A DNA stretch of 24,510 bases, from positions 1 through 24,510 of the IMG/VR virus record IMGVR_UViG_3300044506_000026. One strand, 5' to 3'. The notes under the pieces are model-generated. The model worked only from the letters and a program-made list of their open reading frames with translations. It was not told where the DNA came from and ran no database searches. Numbering within the stretch: position 1 is the first letter of the stretch; the number at the start of each line of letters is the position of its first letter. This document shows positions 14,990 through 22,243 of this stretch, one piece after another. This DNA comes from a virus. Its lineage: Duplodnaviria; Caudoviricetes. Both the position numbers and the translations under genes were made by a program.

Positions 14990-15246
14990 GTCCCGTCCTC
15001 CTTGAGGTGCATAGTCCGGCCGCAGCCCGTGCACATCGTGCTGCCCGCACCTGCCTGGACGGGCTTGTGCTCGATGCAGGTCCCGGCCTTGCGGAGGACA
15101 ACGGCGAGGGCGGCGATGGTGCCTGGCTCGGGTTGGATGCCGAGGAGGTCGTGTTCGAGGACGGCGATCCGGGTGGGGTTGGCCGGGGGCCGTTGAGTGG
15201 GGAGGCGGTCGTCTCGCTGTCGGAAGGCGCGGAGGGTGCGCATCAT
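14971..15246 (-). CDS. Hypothetical protein with C-terminal Zn ribbon, 91 aa
   Basis: MMRTLRAF...RIAVLEHDLLGI...C..H...CTGCG. CATACT lies 7 nt upstream (possibly leaderless). Confidence 0.6.
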   Translation of the reverse strand: MMRTLRAFRQRDDRLPTQRPPANPTRIAVLEHDLLGIQPEPGTIAALAVVLRKAGTCIEHKPVQAGAGSTMCTGCGRTMHLKEDGTWRTAT

Positions 15247-15275
15247 GCCGTCCAGTATGTCGCCCGGGCATGCGA

Positions 15276-15304
15276 AACGCCCCGCCCGGTGTGGGCGGGG
15301 CGTT
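15276..15304 (-). terminator. Terminator-like hairpin at the end of the conjugation module
   Basis: 12-bp perfect stem AACGCCCCGCCC/GGGCGGGGCGTT followed by TCGCATGCCC. Confidence 0.65.
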
Positions 15305-15307
15305 GGT

Positions 15308-15856
15308 TCAGCGTGCGGCGGCTCGCTCGAGCAGGCGGTGGACATCGTGCCTCGTCGTGGTCGGCAGGTCGTTGAACGAGTCGACGGGCATCGGCTGGCC
15401 GAGGTAGCCGAGTTCGTTGCCGAGTCGCTGGCGGGCGCGGCGGATGGTCTCGGCGGTGCCGTACCCGGCGGCGTGGACGCGAAGCTGCGCGCCGAGGATG
15501 CACGCGGCGCCGCAGCCGGTCCACAGGACGCCCTGTGCCCAGCCGTAGTGGGCGATGTAGCGGGCGGTGAGCTGCAGGTGTTCGGCGGGGGCGACGTCGA
15601 GGACGGGGCGGCGGTGCCGGAGCCGGTCGATCAGGGTGAGCTGCGGCAGCGGGTGCTCAGCGTTCCACGGCTGAAGCACGCTGCCGTGCGGATTCGGCGG
15701 CGGCATGCTGGCGAGGATCCGGGCGAGATCGATCGGGCCCGGCCCGGCCGCTGTGGGGGCGACCGAGCGCAGGTAGTCCTCGATCTCGGCGACCAGGAGC
15801 AGCCCGGCAGCGTCCAGGTCGAAGCTCGCTGCGGTGAGCACGGCGGCGGCCATCAC
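15308..15856 (-). CDS. DUF6197-like protein, 182 aa
   Basis: ARYIAHYGWAQG...ACILGA...FND motif; start overlaps the traB stop. Confidence 0.65.
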   Translation of the reverse strand: MMAAAVLTAASFDLDAAGLLLVAEIEDYLRSVAPTAAGPGPIDLARILASMPPPNPHGSVLQPWNAEHPLPQLTLIDRLRHRRPVLDVAPAEHLQLTARYIAHYGWAQGVLWTGCGAACILGAQLRVHAAGYGTAETIRRARQRLGNELGYLGQPMPVDSFNDLPTTTRHDVHRLLERAAAR

Positions 15857-17784
15857 GCGTCCCTGGTCTCATCGGCGTCGGGCAGGTAGAACTGCTCCGT
15901 TCGGCCAGCCTTCCGCACGAGGACACCGCGCTGCACCCACACGTCCATGGCCCGGCGGGCGGTGTCGCGGGATGCGAACGGGCCGTTCTCGACCAGGTCG
16001 TCCTTCGTGGCCGCGCCGTTGGTCTCACACAGGCGGCAGAACACGCGGTACAGGTCCGGCCACTCGTCCCGAGGAACGGTGGTGCCGTCCGGGTACACCG
16101 GCGCGGGCGGCCCGGCGGGCTTCGGCGGGGTCGTCTGGCGGAGCAGGTGGAGGGTGCCGCCCTCCGGCGCGAACCGACCGACCGGGAGGACGGGCTTCCT
16201 GACGGCGTGCAGGTGCGCCACGTCCGCCGCGATGTCCCTGTCGCTGACCCACTCGGCCCGGCACCGCGGCGGCTCGATCTGCGGCATCTCCGGCGACTGC
16301 AGGAAGAACTCGCCCGGCCGGGTCAGCTTCTCCGGAACGAACCCGGCACCGCGACAGCCCTTGCCGAACACGAACTCGGCGTGACCCGCCTCGCCCGCCC
16401 GTGTGGAGATCCGGTTGGCGTAGTTCCCCCGCATGTCGGTGTTCCCGCCGAACACCCTGGCCGAGGGCTGCTGGGTGGCGGCGATGAAGTGGATGGCGAG
16501 GAAGCGGAGGACTGCGAGCCCCGACTCGTACAGGGTGGTGACCGCTGGCTCGGGCGGCAGCGCGTTCTCCTTGTCGAGCTTGCGGTACTCGGCTTCTTCC
16601 TTGCGGAGTTGCTCGTCCTGGCGGATCAGCTCGCCGAGCTCGTCGGTGATGACGTAGATCGAGGTTCCGTGCTTACCGGGGATCCACTTGCGGACGGGTT
16701 CGCGGCCGGCGGTGAGTTCGGTGAGGGAGAGCTGCTGGAGGTGGGCGCCACGCCGGTCGCCTTCGGCTTTGATCGCTCGGAGCAGGTCGCGTGCTTCTTC
16801 GGGGGTGCTGGCGATCTTCTTGAACAGTGGCGCCCAGGGGCCGAGTTCGGGTGTTCCCGGCTTGAGGTCGATGCCGTACAGCTCGACGTGGTCCTTGCGG
16901 ATGAGCTTCTTGATGATCAGGTTGAGGATGCCGGACTTGCCCCAGTCGGCGGCACCGGCGATGAGGGTGTGCCGGTACAGGAGGGTGAGGTGGACGGGCT
17001 GGCCGTTCTCGTCCCAGCCGATTCGGATGGGGTCGGCGATGTCCTTGCTGGTGTCGTCCTGGTAGGGGATGGCGTTGTCGTAGAACGGTCCGGCCGCCGT
17101 CACGGTGATGCTGGCGCCCTCGGGCGCCTCGATGGCGTCGGGCTCCGCAGTGCTGAGCACGCTGGGCGCCACAGCGGCGGTGATGGGATTGTGGGACGTG
17201 CGGTGCCGGATGAGCCACGGCACGTACGCGCCGTACGCCAGGGCCGTGCTCACCGCGGTGGCGGTCAGAGACATCGCGCCGGGGCCGCCTCCGGCTGCGG
17301 CGGCGATGTCGCCGAACGCCACGGCCAGGGCGGCGCCACCGGCGGTGACTCTGTCGTGCTTCCGCTCGAGCCCGTATGCGGCTACTGCTGCGCCGGCCAC
17401 GGCGAGGGCGGTGCATGCGCCGGTGGCGTAGTGGCTGGCCGTGGTGAAGTGCTGCCACCAGCCGAGCGCGGTGAGGCTGCTGGTAGTGATGGCGGGGGCG
17501 AGTTCGACCTTGTAGCGGACGACCAGGCTGACGGCGCGTCCGGCCACGGCGACGCAGCTGGTCAGGAAGCCGTGGGCGACGCGGCGCGGAGGCTTGGCGG
17601 GGAGGTAAACGGTGTCGTTGATCGCTGATGCCGACGGCGTGTAGTCGGCCGGAATCTGATCGGCGACCTGCGGGAACGAGTCCACGGGGGCCGTCGTCGT
17701 CGGCATCGTCGGCGTGATCGTTGCGGAGGCCGCCCGCTGCGGGCGAGGCAGGAACGTGATGGGTCCGATGTAGTCCTGGGCCAC
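15853..17784 (-). CDS. traB: TraB-like FtsK/SpoIIIE conjugative DNA translocase, 643 aa
   Basis: N-terminal TM segments, Walker A HTLIAGAADWGKS, IDLKPG, Walker B YVITDE, R...IHFIAATQQP, C-terminal winged-helix-like domain. AAGGAG precedes GTG 17784. Confidence 0.85.
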   Translation of the reverse strand: MAQDYIGPITFLPRPQRAASATITPTMPTTTAPVDSFPQVADQIPADYTPSASAINDTVYLPAKPPRRVAHGFLTSCVAVAGRAVSLVVRYKVELAPAITTSSLTALGWWQHFTTASHYATGACTALAVAGAAVAAYGLERKHDRVTAGGAALAVAFGDIAAAAGGGPGAMSLTATAVSTALAYGAYVPWLIRHRTSHNPITAAVAPSVLSTAEPDAIEAPEGASITVTAAGPFYDNAIPYQDDTSKDIADPIRIGWDENGQPVHLTLLYRHTLIAGAADWGKSGILNLIIKKLIRKDHVELYGIDLKPGTPELGPWAPLFKKIASTPEEARDLLRAIKAEGDRRGAHLQQLSLTELTAGREPVRKWIPGKHGTSIYVITDELGELIRQDEQLRKEEAEYRKLDKENALPPEPAVTTLYESGLAVLRFLAIHFIAATQQPSARVFGGNTDMRGNYANRISTRAGEAGHAEFVFGKGCRGAGFVPEKLTRPGEFFLQSPEMPQIEPPRCRAEWVSDRDIAADVAHLHAVRKPVLPVGRFAPEGGTLHLLRQTTPPKPAGPPAPVYPDGTTVPRDEWPDLYRVFCRLCETNGAATKDDLVENGPFASRDTARRAMDVWVQRGVLVRKAGRTEQFYLPDADETRDA

Positions 17785-17898
17785 GGGGAAGCATCTCCTT
17801 CGAAAAGTCAGCAGGTCAAAGAGGGTGCGGAACTGAGTGCTTGCGGCGGCCACCCCAGGTGGGTGCGGGGGCTGGGGTGTCACCGGCGGGCCGTCAGG

Positions 17899-19077
17899 TC
17901 AGCTGTCGGTGCCGGTGAGGGGCCGCACGTTGTCGGAGCCGAGGGCTGCGAGGCTGGGGTCGGCCTTCTCGATCTCGGCGCGGATCTTGTTGGCGAACTG
18001 ACGCGAGCCGTACGGCGACTTGATCGCCTTCAGGCGGGCGACCATCTCGGACTCCAGGGGGCGCCTTCCGAGCTCTGTGTAGAGCGCCTTGATGGCGTCC
18101 CTCGCGGCGTCCCTCGGGGCGCTCTTGGGGCGCTTTGTGGCGGCCTGTCGTGGCGCCTTCGGGGCGGCCGGTGTGGCGTCGGCGGGGCGCGTCTGAGGCG
18201 CCTCGGTGGCGCTCTGTGTGGCGGTCTGAGGGCGCCTCACGGCGTCTTCCGTGGCGCCTTGCGGGGCGCCCTCCGTGGCGAGCTGGGGCGCCATGCCGGG
18301 CTCGTGCGTAGCGCTCTCGTGGCGCTCCAGATGGGCTGCCCGTGGCGCTTCGAGGGCGCCCTCGATGGCGGTTGTGGGGCGCTCTGCGATGGCGTTCTGA
18401 AGCGCCATCGGAGCGAGCTCTCCCATGCGCAGCAGGGCGCGCTCGCGGATCGGAGCCCGCCACCGCCATCGCCAGCCGTGGCGCTCACGGAGCTCGGCTC
18501 GCGCCATGACCCGGCCGCGCTCACGGGAGAGGGCAGTGCCGTAGGAGGTCTCCTCCCACAGGACCATCCGGCGCCACAGGCGACTCGTGCTCAAGGGGGC
18601 GAGGAGGAACCGGGAGCGGCGGATCCGCTCCATGCGCCTGCCCGTGGCGTGTCCGATGAGGACGCGGTAGACGTGCCCGGCGATCTCGGAGCAGACGACC
18701 CAGACGAGAGGGAGGGCGCCGTGGGCGAGCTTGGCGCCGATCCCGTGGCCGGCCTGGATGTTGAGGTAGATCGTGACGAAGGTGAGGAGGAAAGGGACGG
18801 CGCGGACCCAGGCGAGCTCCATGTCCATCCGGATCAGGAGGAGGTGGGCGATGGTGAAACCGGGGATGGCCAGGTCGATGGCGATCGGCAGGAGCTGCGG
18901 GGTCTGGAAGCCCCAAGCGGCGGCCTTGGTGGAGACGGACTGGAAGGAGACGAACAGGCCGATGGTGCCCACGGCGAGGAGCAGGGTGACAGTGACGTAG
19001 AGGAGTTTGATCTCGCGGGGGGAGAGCTTGGGGGGCTGCTTGAGGGGGGTCTGAGCGGCGCTCAGGGTGTCGCTCAT
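17899..19077 (-). CDS. DUF2637 / SpdB2-like plasmid-spreading membrane protein, 392 aa
   Basis: Four TM helices (SFQSVSTKAAAWG...LLPIAIDLAI...IYLNI), then RMERIRRSRFLLAPLSTSRLWRRMVLWEETSY, a repeat-rich linker and a C-terminal HTH-like segment. Confidence 0.8.
   Translation of the reverse strand: MSDTLSAAQTPLKQPPKLSPREIKLLYVTVTLLLAVGTIGLFVSFQSVSTKAAAWGFQTPQLLPIAIDLAIPGFTIAHLLLIRMDMELAWVRAVPFLLTFVTIYLNIQAGHGIGAKLAHGALPLVWVVCSEIAGHVYRVLIGHATGRRMERIRRSRFLLAPLSTSRLWRRMVLWEETSYGTALSRERGRVMARAELRERHGWRWRWRAPIRERALLRMGELAPMALQNAIAERPTTAIEGALEAPRAAHLERHESATHEPGMAPQLATEGAPQGATEDAVRRPQTATQSATEAPQTRPADATPAAPKAPRQAATKRPKSAPRDAARDAIKALYTELGRRPLESEMVARLKAIKSPYGSRQFANKIRAEIEKADPSLAALGSDNVRPLTGTDS
18090..18400. 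repeat. About 24 phased copies of (G/A)(T/G)GGCG(C), period 10-13 bp
   Basis: GGCG cores at 18094, 106, 118, 129, 139, 152, 163, 175, 186, 197, 208, 220, 231, 241, 253, 265, 277, 287, 321, 344, 355, 367, 378 and 391. Confidence 0.8.
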
Positions 19078-19100
19078 GGCTTGGGCCTCTTTCGGGGTGG

Positions 19101-19436
19101 TTAGGCGGCGGTGGTGTAGCGGATGTTGGTGAGGTGCTGGGTGGCGGTGTTGAGGAGCCACAGCAGCGCGGTGGCGATAGTCCGGATGGCCCAGGCGGTG
19201 GCGCGGAGTGTGGCGGCGATCGTGTGGCGGAGGATCAGGTTGGTGGCGGCCAGGGTGTGCGGGGTGTGCCAGCGCAGGGCCCAGCTGCCGCCGGTGGTGA
19301 CGGCGAGGTAGGTGAGGACTGCGGCGATGACGGGGGTTGCCAGGCCGGGTGTCCAGGTGAAGGCGAGGGTGGCGAGGCTGATCGCGGTGGTGGTGAGGGC
19401 TTGGAGTTCGGGGTGGGTGGCGGTGCGTCGGCTCAT
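19101..19436 (-). CDS. Small membrane protein (Spd-like), 111 aa
   Basis: GGAGG RBS, hydrophobic helices, directly upstream of the DUF2637 gene. Confidence 0.7.
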   Translation of the reverse strand: MSRRTATHPELQALTTTAISLATLAFTWTPGLATPVIAAVLTYLAVTTGGSWALRWHTPHTLAATNLILRHTIAATLRATAWAIRTIATALLWLLNTATQHLTNIRYTTAA

Positions 19437-19526
19437 GGGATGGTTCCTCCCTTCGGGTGCTGGTCGGGTGGTCTGAGTGCCTGCGGCTGCCGCACAGAGC
19501 TGGGGCTGTGCGGCGCCGTACGGCGA

Positions 19527-19793
19527 TCAGATGCCGTTGAACAGCTGGTTGTAGAGGTCGAGTCGGCCGACAGCGTGCTTGGCAATGGCGTAGGCCTTGA
19601 CCTGGGCGGTGAGCTGGTCCTGCAGAGCCGGGTCGCGGTGGGCGTCGGTGAAGCTGACGGTGAAGATCCGGGCCGCGTCGGGGTCGATGCGGCAGAGCTG
19701 GGCGAGGTTCGCGTCGCACTGGGCGGCCTGGCCGGCTTCGAAGCGTTCCTCGACGCGGCTGCGGTTGATCCGCTCACGCAGCACGGTGAACAT
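19527..19793 (-). CDS. Hypothetical protein, 88 aa
   Basis: TGATG coupling with the upstream gene; MFTVLRERINRSR... Confidence 0.65.
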   Translation of the reverse strand: MFTVLRERINRSRVEERFEAGQAAQCDANLAQLCRIDPDAARIFTVSFTDAHRDPALQDQLTAQVKAYAIAKHAVGRLDLYNQLFNGI

Positions 19794-20278
19794 CAGCGGG
19801 CCCCCGCCAGGGCCTTCACGGACTCGGGGTAGCGGCGGCTGACGTCGGCCATCGCCCGCTCGTGGGTCGCGCGGGCGCCCGGGTCGATCGCGCCGAGCAG
19901 CAGCCTCTGGAACGCGCCGCTTGAGAGCGTCTCCGCTTCGGCGAGCTCGTCCTGAAGCTGGTAGTGCTCCTGGGTGGGCTTCCACTCGGTCGAGAGGGGG
20001 CCGTGCGCGGACCACGTCTGCCAGGACAGGGCGCCGTTGGTGGCGCGGAGCTGGTTGTTGTACGGCCACTGCCCCATGCGGCCGTCGAAGACGTAGGTCA
20101 GGTGGATGTCACGGGTCCACGCCATGTCGTTGCGGTGGGGGAAGACCGCCGCGAGGGTGTAGTAGGGGACGCCGAACTGGACGGTGCGCATCCATTCGTC
20201 GTGCTCGCGGCGGATCTTGCGGAGGGCGCCGTTGTTGTTGGTGAACAAGCCGACCTGTCCGCCGAGGGTGAGGTTCAT
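19793..20278 (-). CDS. Hypothetical protein, 161 aa
   Basis: MNLTLGGQVGLF...; high GC3. Confidence 0.7.
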   Translation of the reverse strand: MNLTLGGQVGLFTNNNGALRKIRREHDEWMRTVQFGVPYYTLAAVFPHRNDMAWTRDIHLTYVFDGRMGQWPYNNQLRATNGALSWQTWSAHGPLSTEWKPTQEHYQLQDELAEAETLSSGAFQRLLLGAIDPGARATHERAMADVSRRYPESVKALAGAR

Positions 20279-20370
20279 ACTGGGTGTGTCCTGTCTGCTC
20301 GGTAGGGGTGGATTGGGTGGGCCCGGGGCGGTCGCGTGCTTGGCGGCTGGTTGGCCGCCCCGGGGCGGAG

Positions 20371-20562
20371 TTACTGGTGCTGGCAGTTGCCGGAGCAGGT
20401 GCACTGGTCGACGCCGGTGAGGCGTCGGGCGCTGCCGAGGGTCGCGTTCGTGATGGTGTCGGCGACGCGGCCGCCCGCCTCGCCGCCGATGGCGGTGCCG
20501 GTGTCGTAGGCCTTGCGGGCGGTGGCGTCGAGGGCCTTGGCGATGCTGTTGCGGATTGCCAT
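20371..20562 (-). CDS. Small hypothetical protein, 63 aa
   Basis: GAAAGG RBS; MAIRNSIAKALD...CTCSGNC. Confidence 0.65.
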   Translation of the reverse strand: MAIRNSIAKALDATARKAYDTGTAIGGEAGGRVADTITNATLGSARRLTGVDQCTCSGNCQHQ

Positions 20563-20588
20563 GTGGGTGCCTTTCTCGGGCTGTTGGG

Positions 20589-20792
20589 TCAGTTCTGGGG
20601 GAAACGGCGGCAGGTGGCGGCGTGGCCCTGGACCCATGTGGTGACGGCGGTCCTCGGCCAGTCGAGCAGCCGGGCGATCGTGCAGCCGGTGCACTGCACG
20701 GAGTAGGTGGTCTCGCCGGGGTAGGTGTTCTCGGTGACGCTGACGATTCCGCCGCCCTGGGTGAAGACCCGCAGGATGTCGTTGCCGGTCAT
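20589..20792 (-). CDS. Small Zn-binding protein (CxxC...HAxxCR), 67 aa
   Basis: QCTGC...WVQGHAATCR; ATGA coupling. Confidence 0.65.
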   Translation of the reverse strand: MTGNDILRVFTQGGGIVSVTENTYPGETTYSVQCTGCTIARLLDWPRTAVTTWVQGHAATCRRFPQN

Positions 20793-20971
20793 CGGGTGGC
20801 TTCCTGGTGGCCGAGGGTGCGCAGGAGGCGTTCGGCGTTCGCGAGGATCCGTTCATCGGTCATGGCGTCGAGGAGCCGGTCGAGCTGCTGGGGCGTGGCG
20901 CTCGCGGGGACCTGGCCGAGGGTGGTGGCGATGCTGGCGGCGTTGCGGCGGTACTCGTGCATGGTGGGCAC
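20789..20971 (-). CDS. Small hypothetical protein, 60 aa
   Basis: AAGGAG then GTG; MPTMHEYRRNAASIATTLG... Confidence 0.6.
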   Translation of the reverse strand: MPTMHEYRRNAASIATTLGQVPASATPQQLDRLLDAMTDERILANAERLLRTLGHQEATR

Positions 20972-20991
20972 TTGCTGCTCCTTGAGTCGCT

Positions 20992-21192
20992 TCAGTCGCT
21001 GGCGGGCCTGGGTCGGGGGAAGGGCGGGATGGCCGGGCCGTTCGGGTCCTCGTCGTCCCAGGTGTCCCGCCAGCCGAGTCCGAGGTCGGGCGCACCGAGC
21101 TCGGGGGTGGGGCGGGACGAACGGGCGCGGTGGTCGAAGTCCTCGCGGGTCTCGGCGGCGAGGTCGGCGAGCGCGTCGGGTTCGAGGATCAC
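20992..21192 (-). CDS. Small hypothetical protein, 66 aa
   Basis: GTGA coupling with the upstream micro-ORF. Confidence 0.5.
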   Translation of the reverse strand: MILEPDALADLAAETREDFDHRARSSRPTPELGAPDLGLGWRDTWDDEDPNGPAIPPFPRPRPASD

Positions 21193-21275
21193 TCGTCGCC
21201 ACCGGAGGGCGGCGAGGGAGGGGGCGGCGAGGGGGTGTGGTCGCGGTTGCCGTTGTTGATCTGGTGGTCGGGCAT
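21189..21275 (-). CDS. Pro-rich micro-ORF, 28 aa
   Basis: AAGGGAG RBS; MPDHQINNGNRDHTPSPPPPSPPSGGDE. Confidence 0.4.
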   Translation of the reverse strand: MPDHQINNGNRDHTPSPPPPSPPSGGDE

Positions 21276-21297
21276 GGTCGAGTTCTCCCTTCGAGGC

Positions 21298-21525
21298 TCA
21301 GGCGGCGGTGGTGAGGTCGTGGATGGCCTGCAGCTTCGCGGCGACCACAGAGGCCGGGATTCGGATGGCGCCTCCGCGGCCAGCCTGGCCACGGGACCAC
21401 TGCTTGCCGTGGCGGATGGCTTCGAGTTCGCCGTCCTTCACCCAGCGGTAGACGGTGGGGACGCTGACCCGAAGGGCTTTGGCTACCTCTCGTACGGTCA
21501 GCACTGGCGGGCTCTCGGGCAGCAC
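21298..21525 (-). CDS. Excisionase-like HTH (HTH_17/MerR-type) DNA-binding protein, 75 aa
   Basis: LTVREVAKALRVSVPTVYRWVKDGELEAIR...IRIP; AAAGGAGG RBS. Confidence 0.85.
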   Translation of the reverse strand: MLPESPPVLTVREVAKALRVSVPTVYRWVKDGELEAIRHGKQWSRGQAGRGGAIRIPASVVAAKLQAIHDLTTAA

Positions 21526-21574
21526 GGTTACGCCCTCCTTTCGAGGGGTTGTGGGGCTTTGCAGTGCTCTCGAC

Positions 21575-21670
21575 TGTACAAGTTCTCTTGAAAGGTTGCA
21601 AGGTTCTCGGGATGTCCCCAGCTACCCGGCGGGCAACCTTGTGCCTTAACTTGAGAAGCAACAAGGTTTC
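21575..21670. promoter_or_regulatory. Divergent promoter region with repeated CAAG(G)TT operator-like half-sites
   Basis: AT-richer tract containing CAAGTTCTC 21579, AAGGTTGC 21592, CAAGGTTCTC 21599, GCAACCTTG 21633, AACTTG 21648 and ACAAGGTTT 21661. Confidence 0.65.
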
Positions 21671-21696
21671 GGTCACGGACGGTGTAAGGGGGTGGC

Positions 21697-22239
21697 ATGA
21701 ACAGCAAGAAGTGGGCAGACCGGGCGGCGCCCTATCTACAGCCGGTCACCGAAGGGCCGGGCGACGCCTGGAGTCGCGAGGCGGCGAAGATGGGCCGGAC
21801 CGGTAGCCAACAGTTGCTGTTCGCAGGCGAGGTAGCCGCCCCGCAGCGGGTCGCAGTTGCTCTCGGCGTCACACCGGGGGACCCGATCGTCCTGCGTAGT
21901 CGCTTGATCCTCCTTGACGGTGAGCCCGTGGAGCAGGCGCACTCGTACTATCCGAGCACCGTCGCAGCGGGGACCCCGCTGTCCGAGCCGCGCAAGATCC
22001 GTGGCGGCGCGGTGAACTTGCTAGCTGAACTGGGGTTCGTCGCGCACGCGGCTAACGAGGAGGTCATGTCCAGGCCGGCCAGCCTCTTGGAGTCGGAGAC
22101 GCTCGAACTACCCGCGAGCGACTGGGTGCTGGATGTCTTCCGAGTCGTCAAAGCCAGTGACGGCAGACCTTTCGAGGCCACTTCGATGATCATGCGCGCT
22201 CGCGGGCGCACCCTCACGTACACCACCGAGATCGGCTGA
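21697..22239 (+). CDS. UTRA-domain protein lacking the GntR HTH, 180 aa
   Basis: RSRLILLDGEPVEQAHSYYP...KIRGG...RPAS..E...L.L. Paralogous to the C-terminal part of the next gene. Confidence 0.8.
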   Translation: MNSKKWADRAAPYLQPVTEGPGDAWSREAAKMGRTGSQQLLFAGEVAAPQRVAVALGVTPGDPIVLRSRLILLDGEPVEQAHSYYPSTVAAGTPLSEPRKIRGGAVNLLAELGFVAHAANEEVMSRPASLLESETLELPASDWVLDVFRVVKASDGRPFEATSMIMRARGRTLTYTTEIG

Positions 22240-22243
22240 CACG

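Noticed and set aside
14640-15310. att site or integrase boundary between the conjugation and phage modules
   Set aside because: No integrase remnant, tRNA fragment or direct repeat was found by eye. A short att core cannot be excluded without comparative genomes.
2448-17628. Long plus-strand ORFs (2448-4406, 4223-6295, 8611-11298, 10949-12346, 16147-17628)
   Set aside because: Antisense shadows of high-GC3 minus-strand genes; no motifs or credible RBS.
18090-18400. Repeat array as a CRISPR or simple VNTR
   Set aside because: Units are ~11 bp and degenerate, with no spacers and no cas genes.
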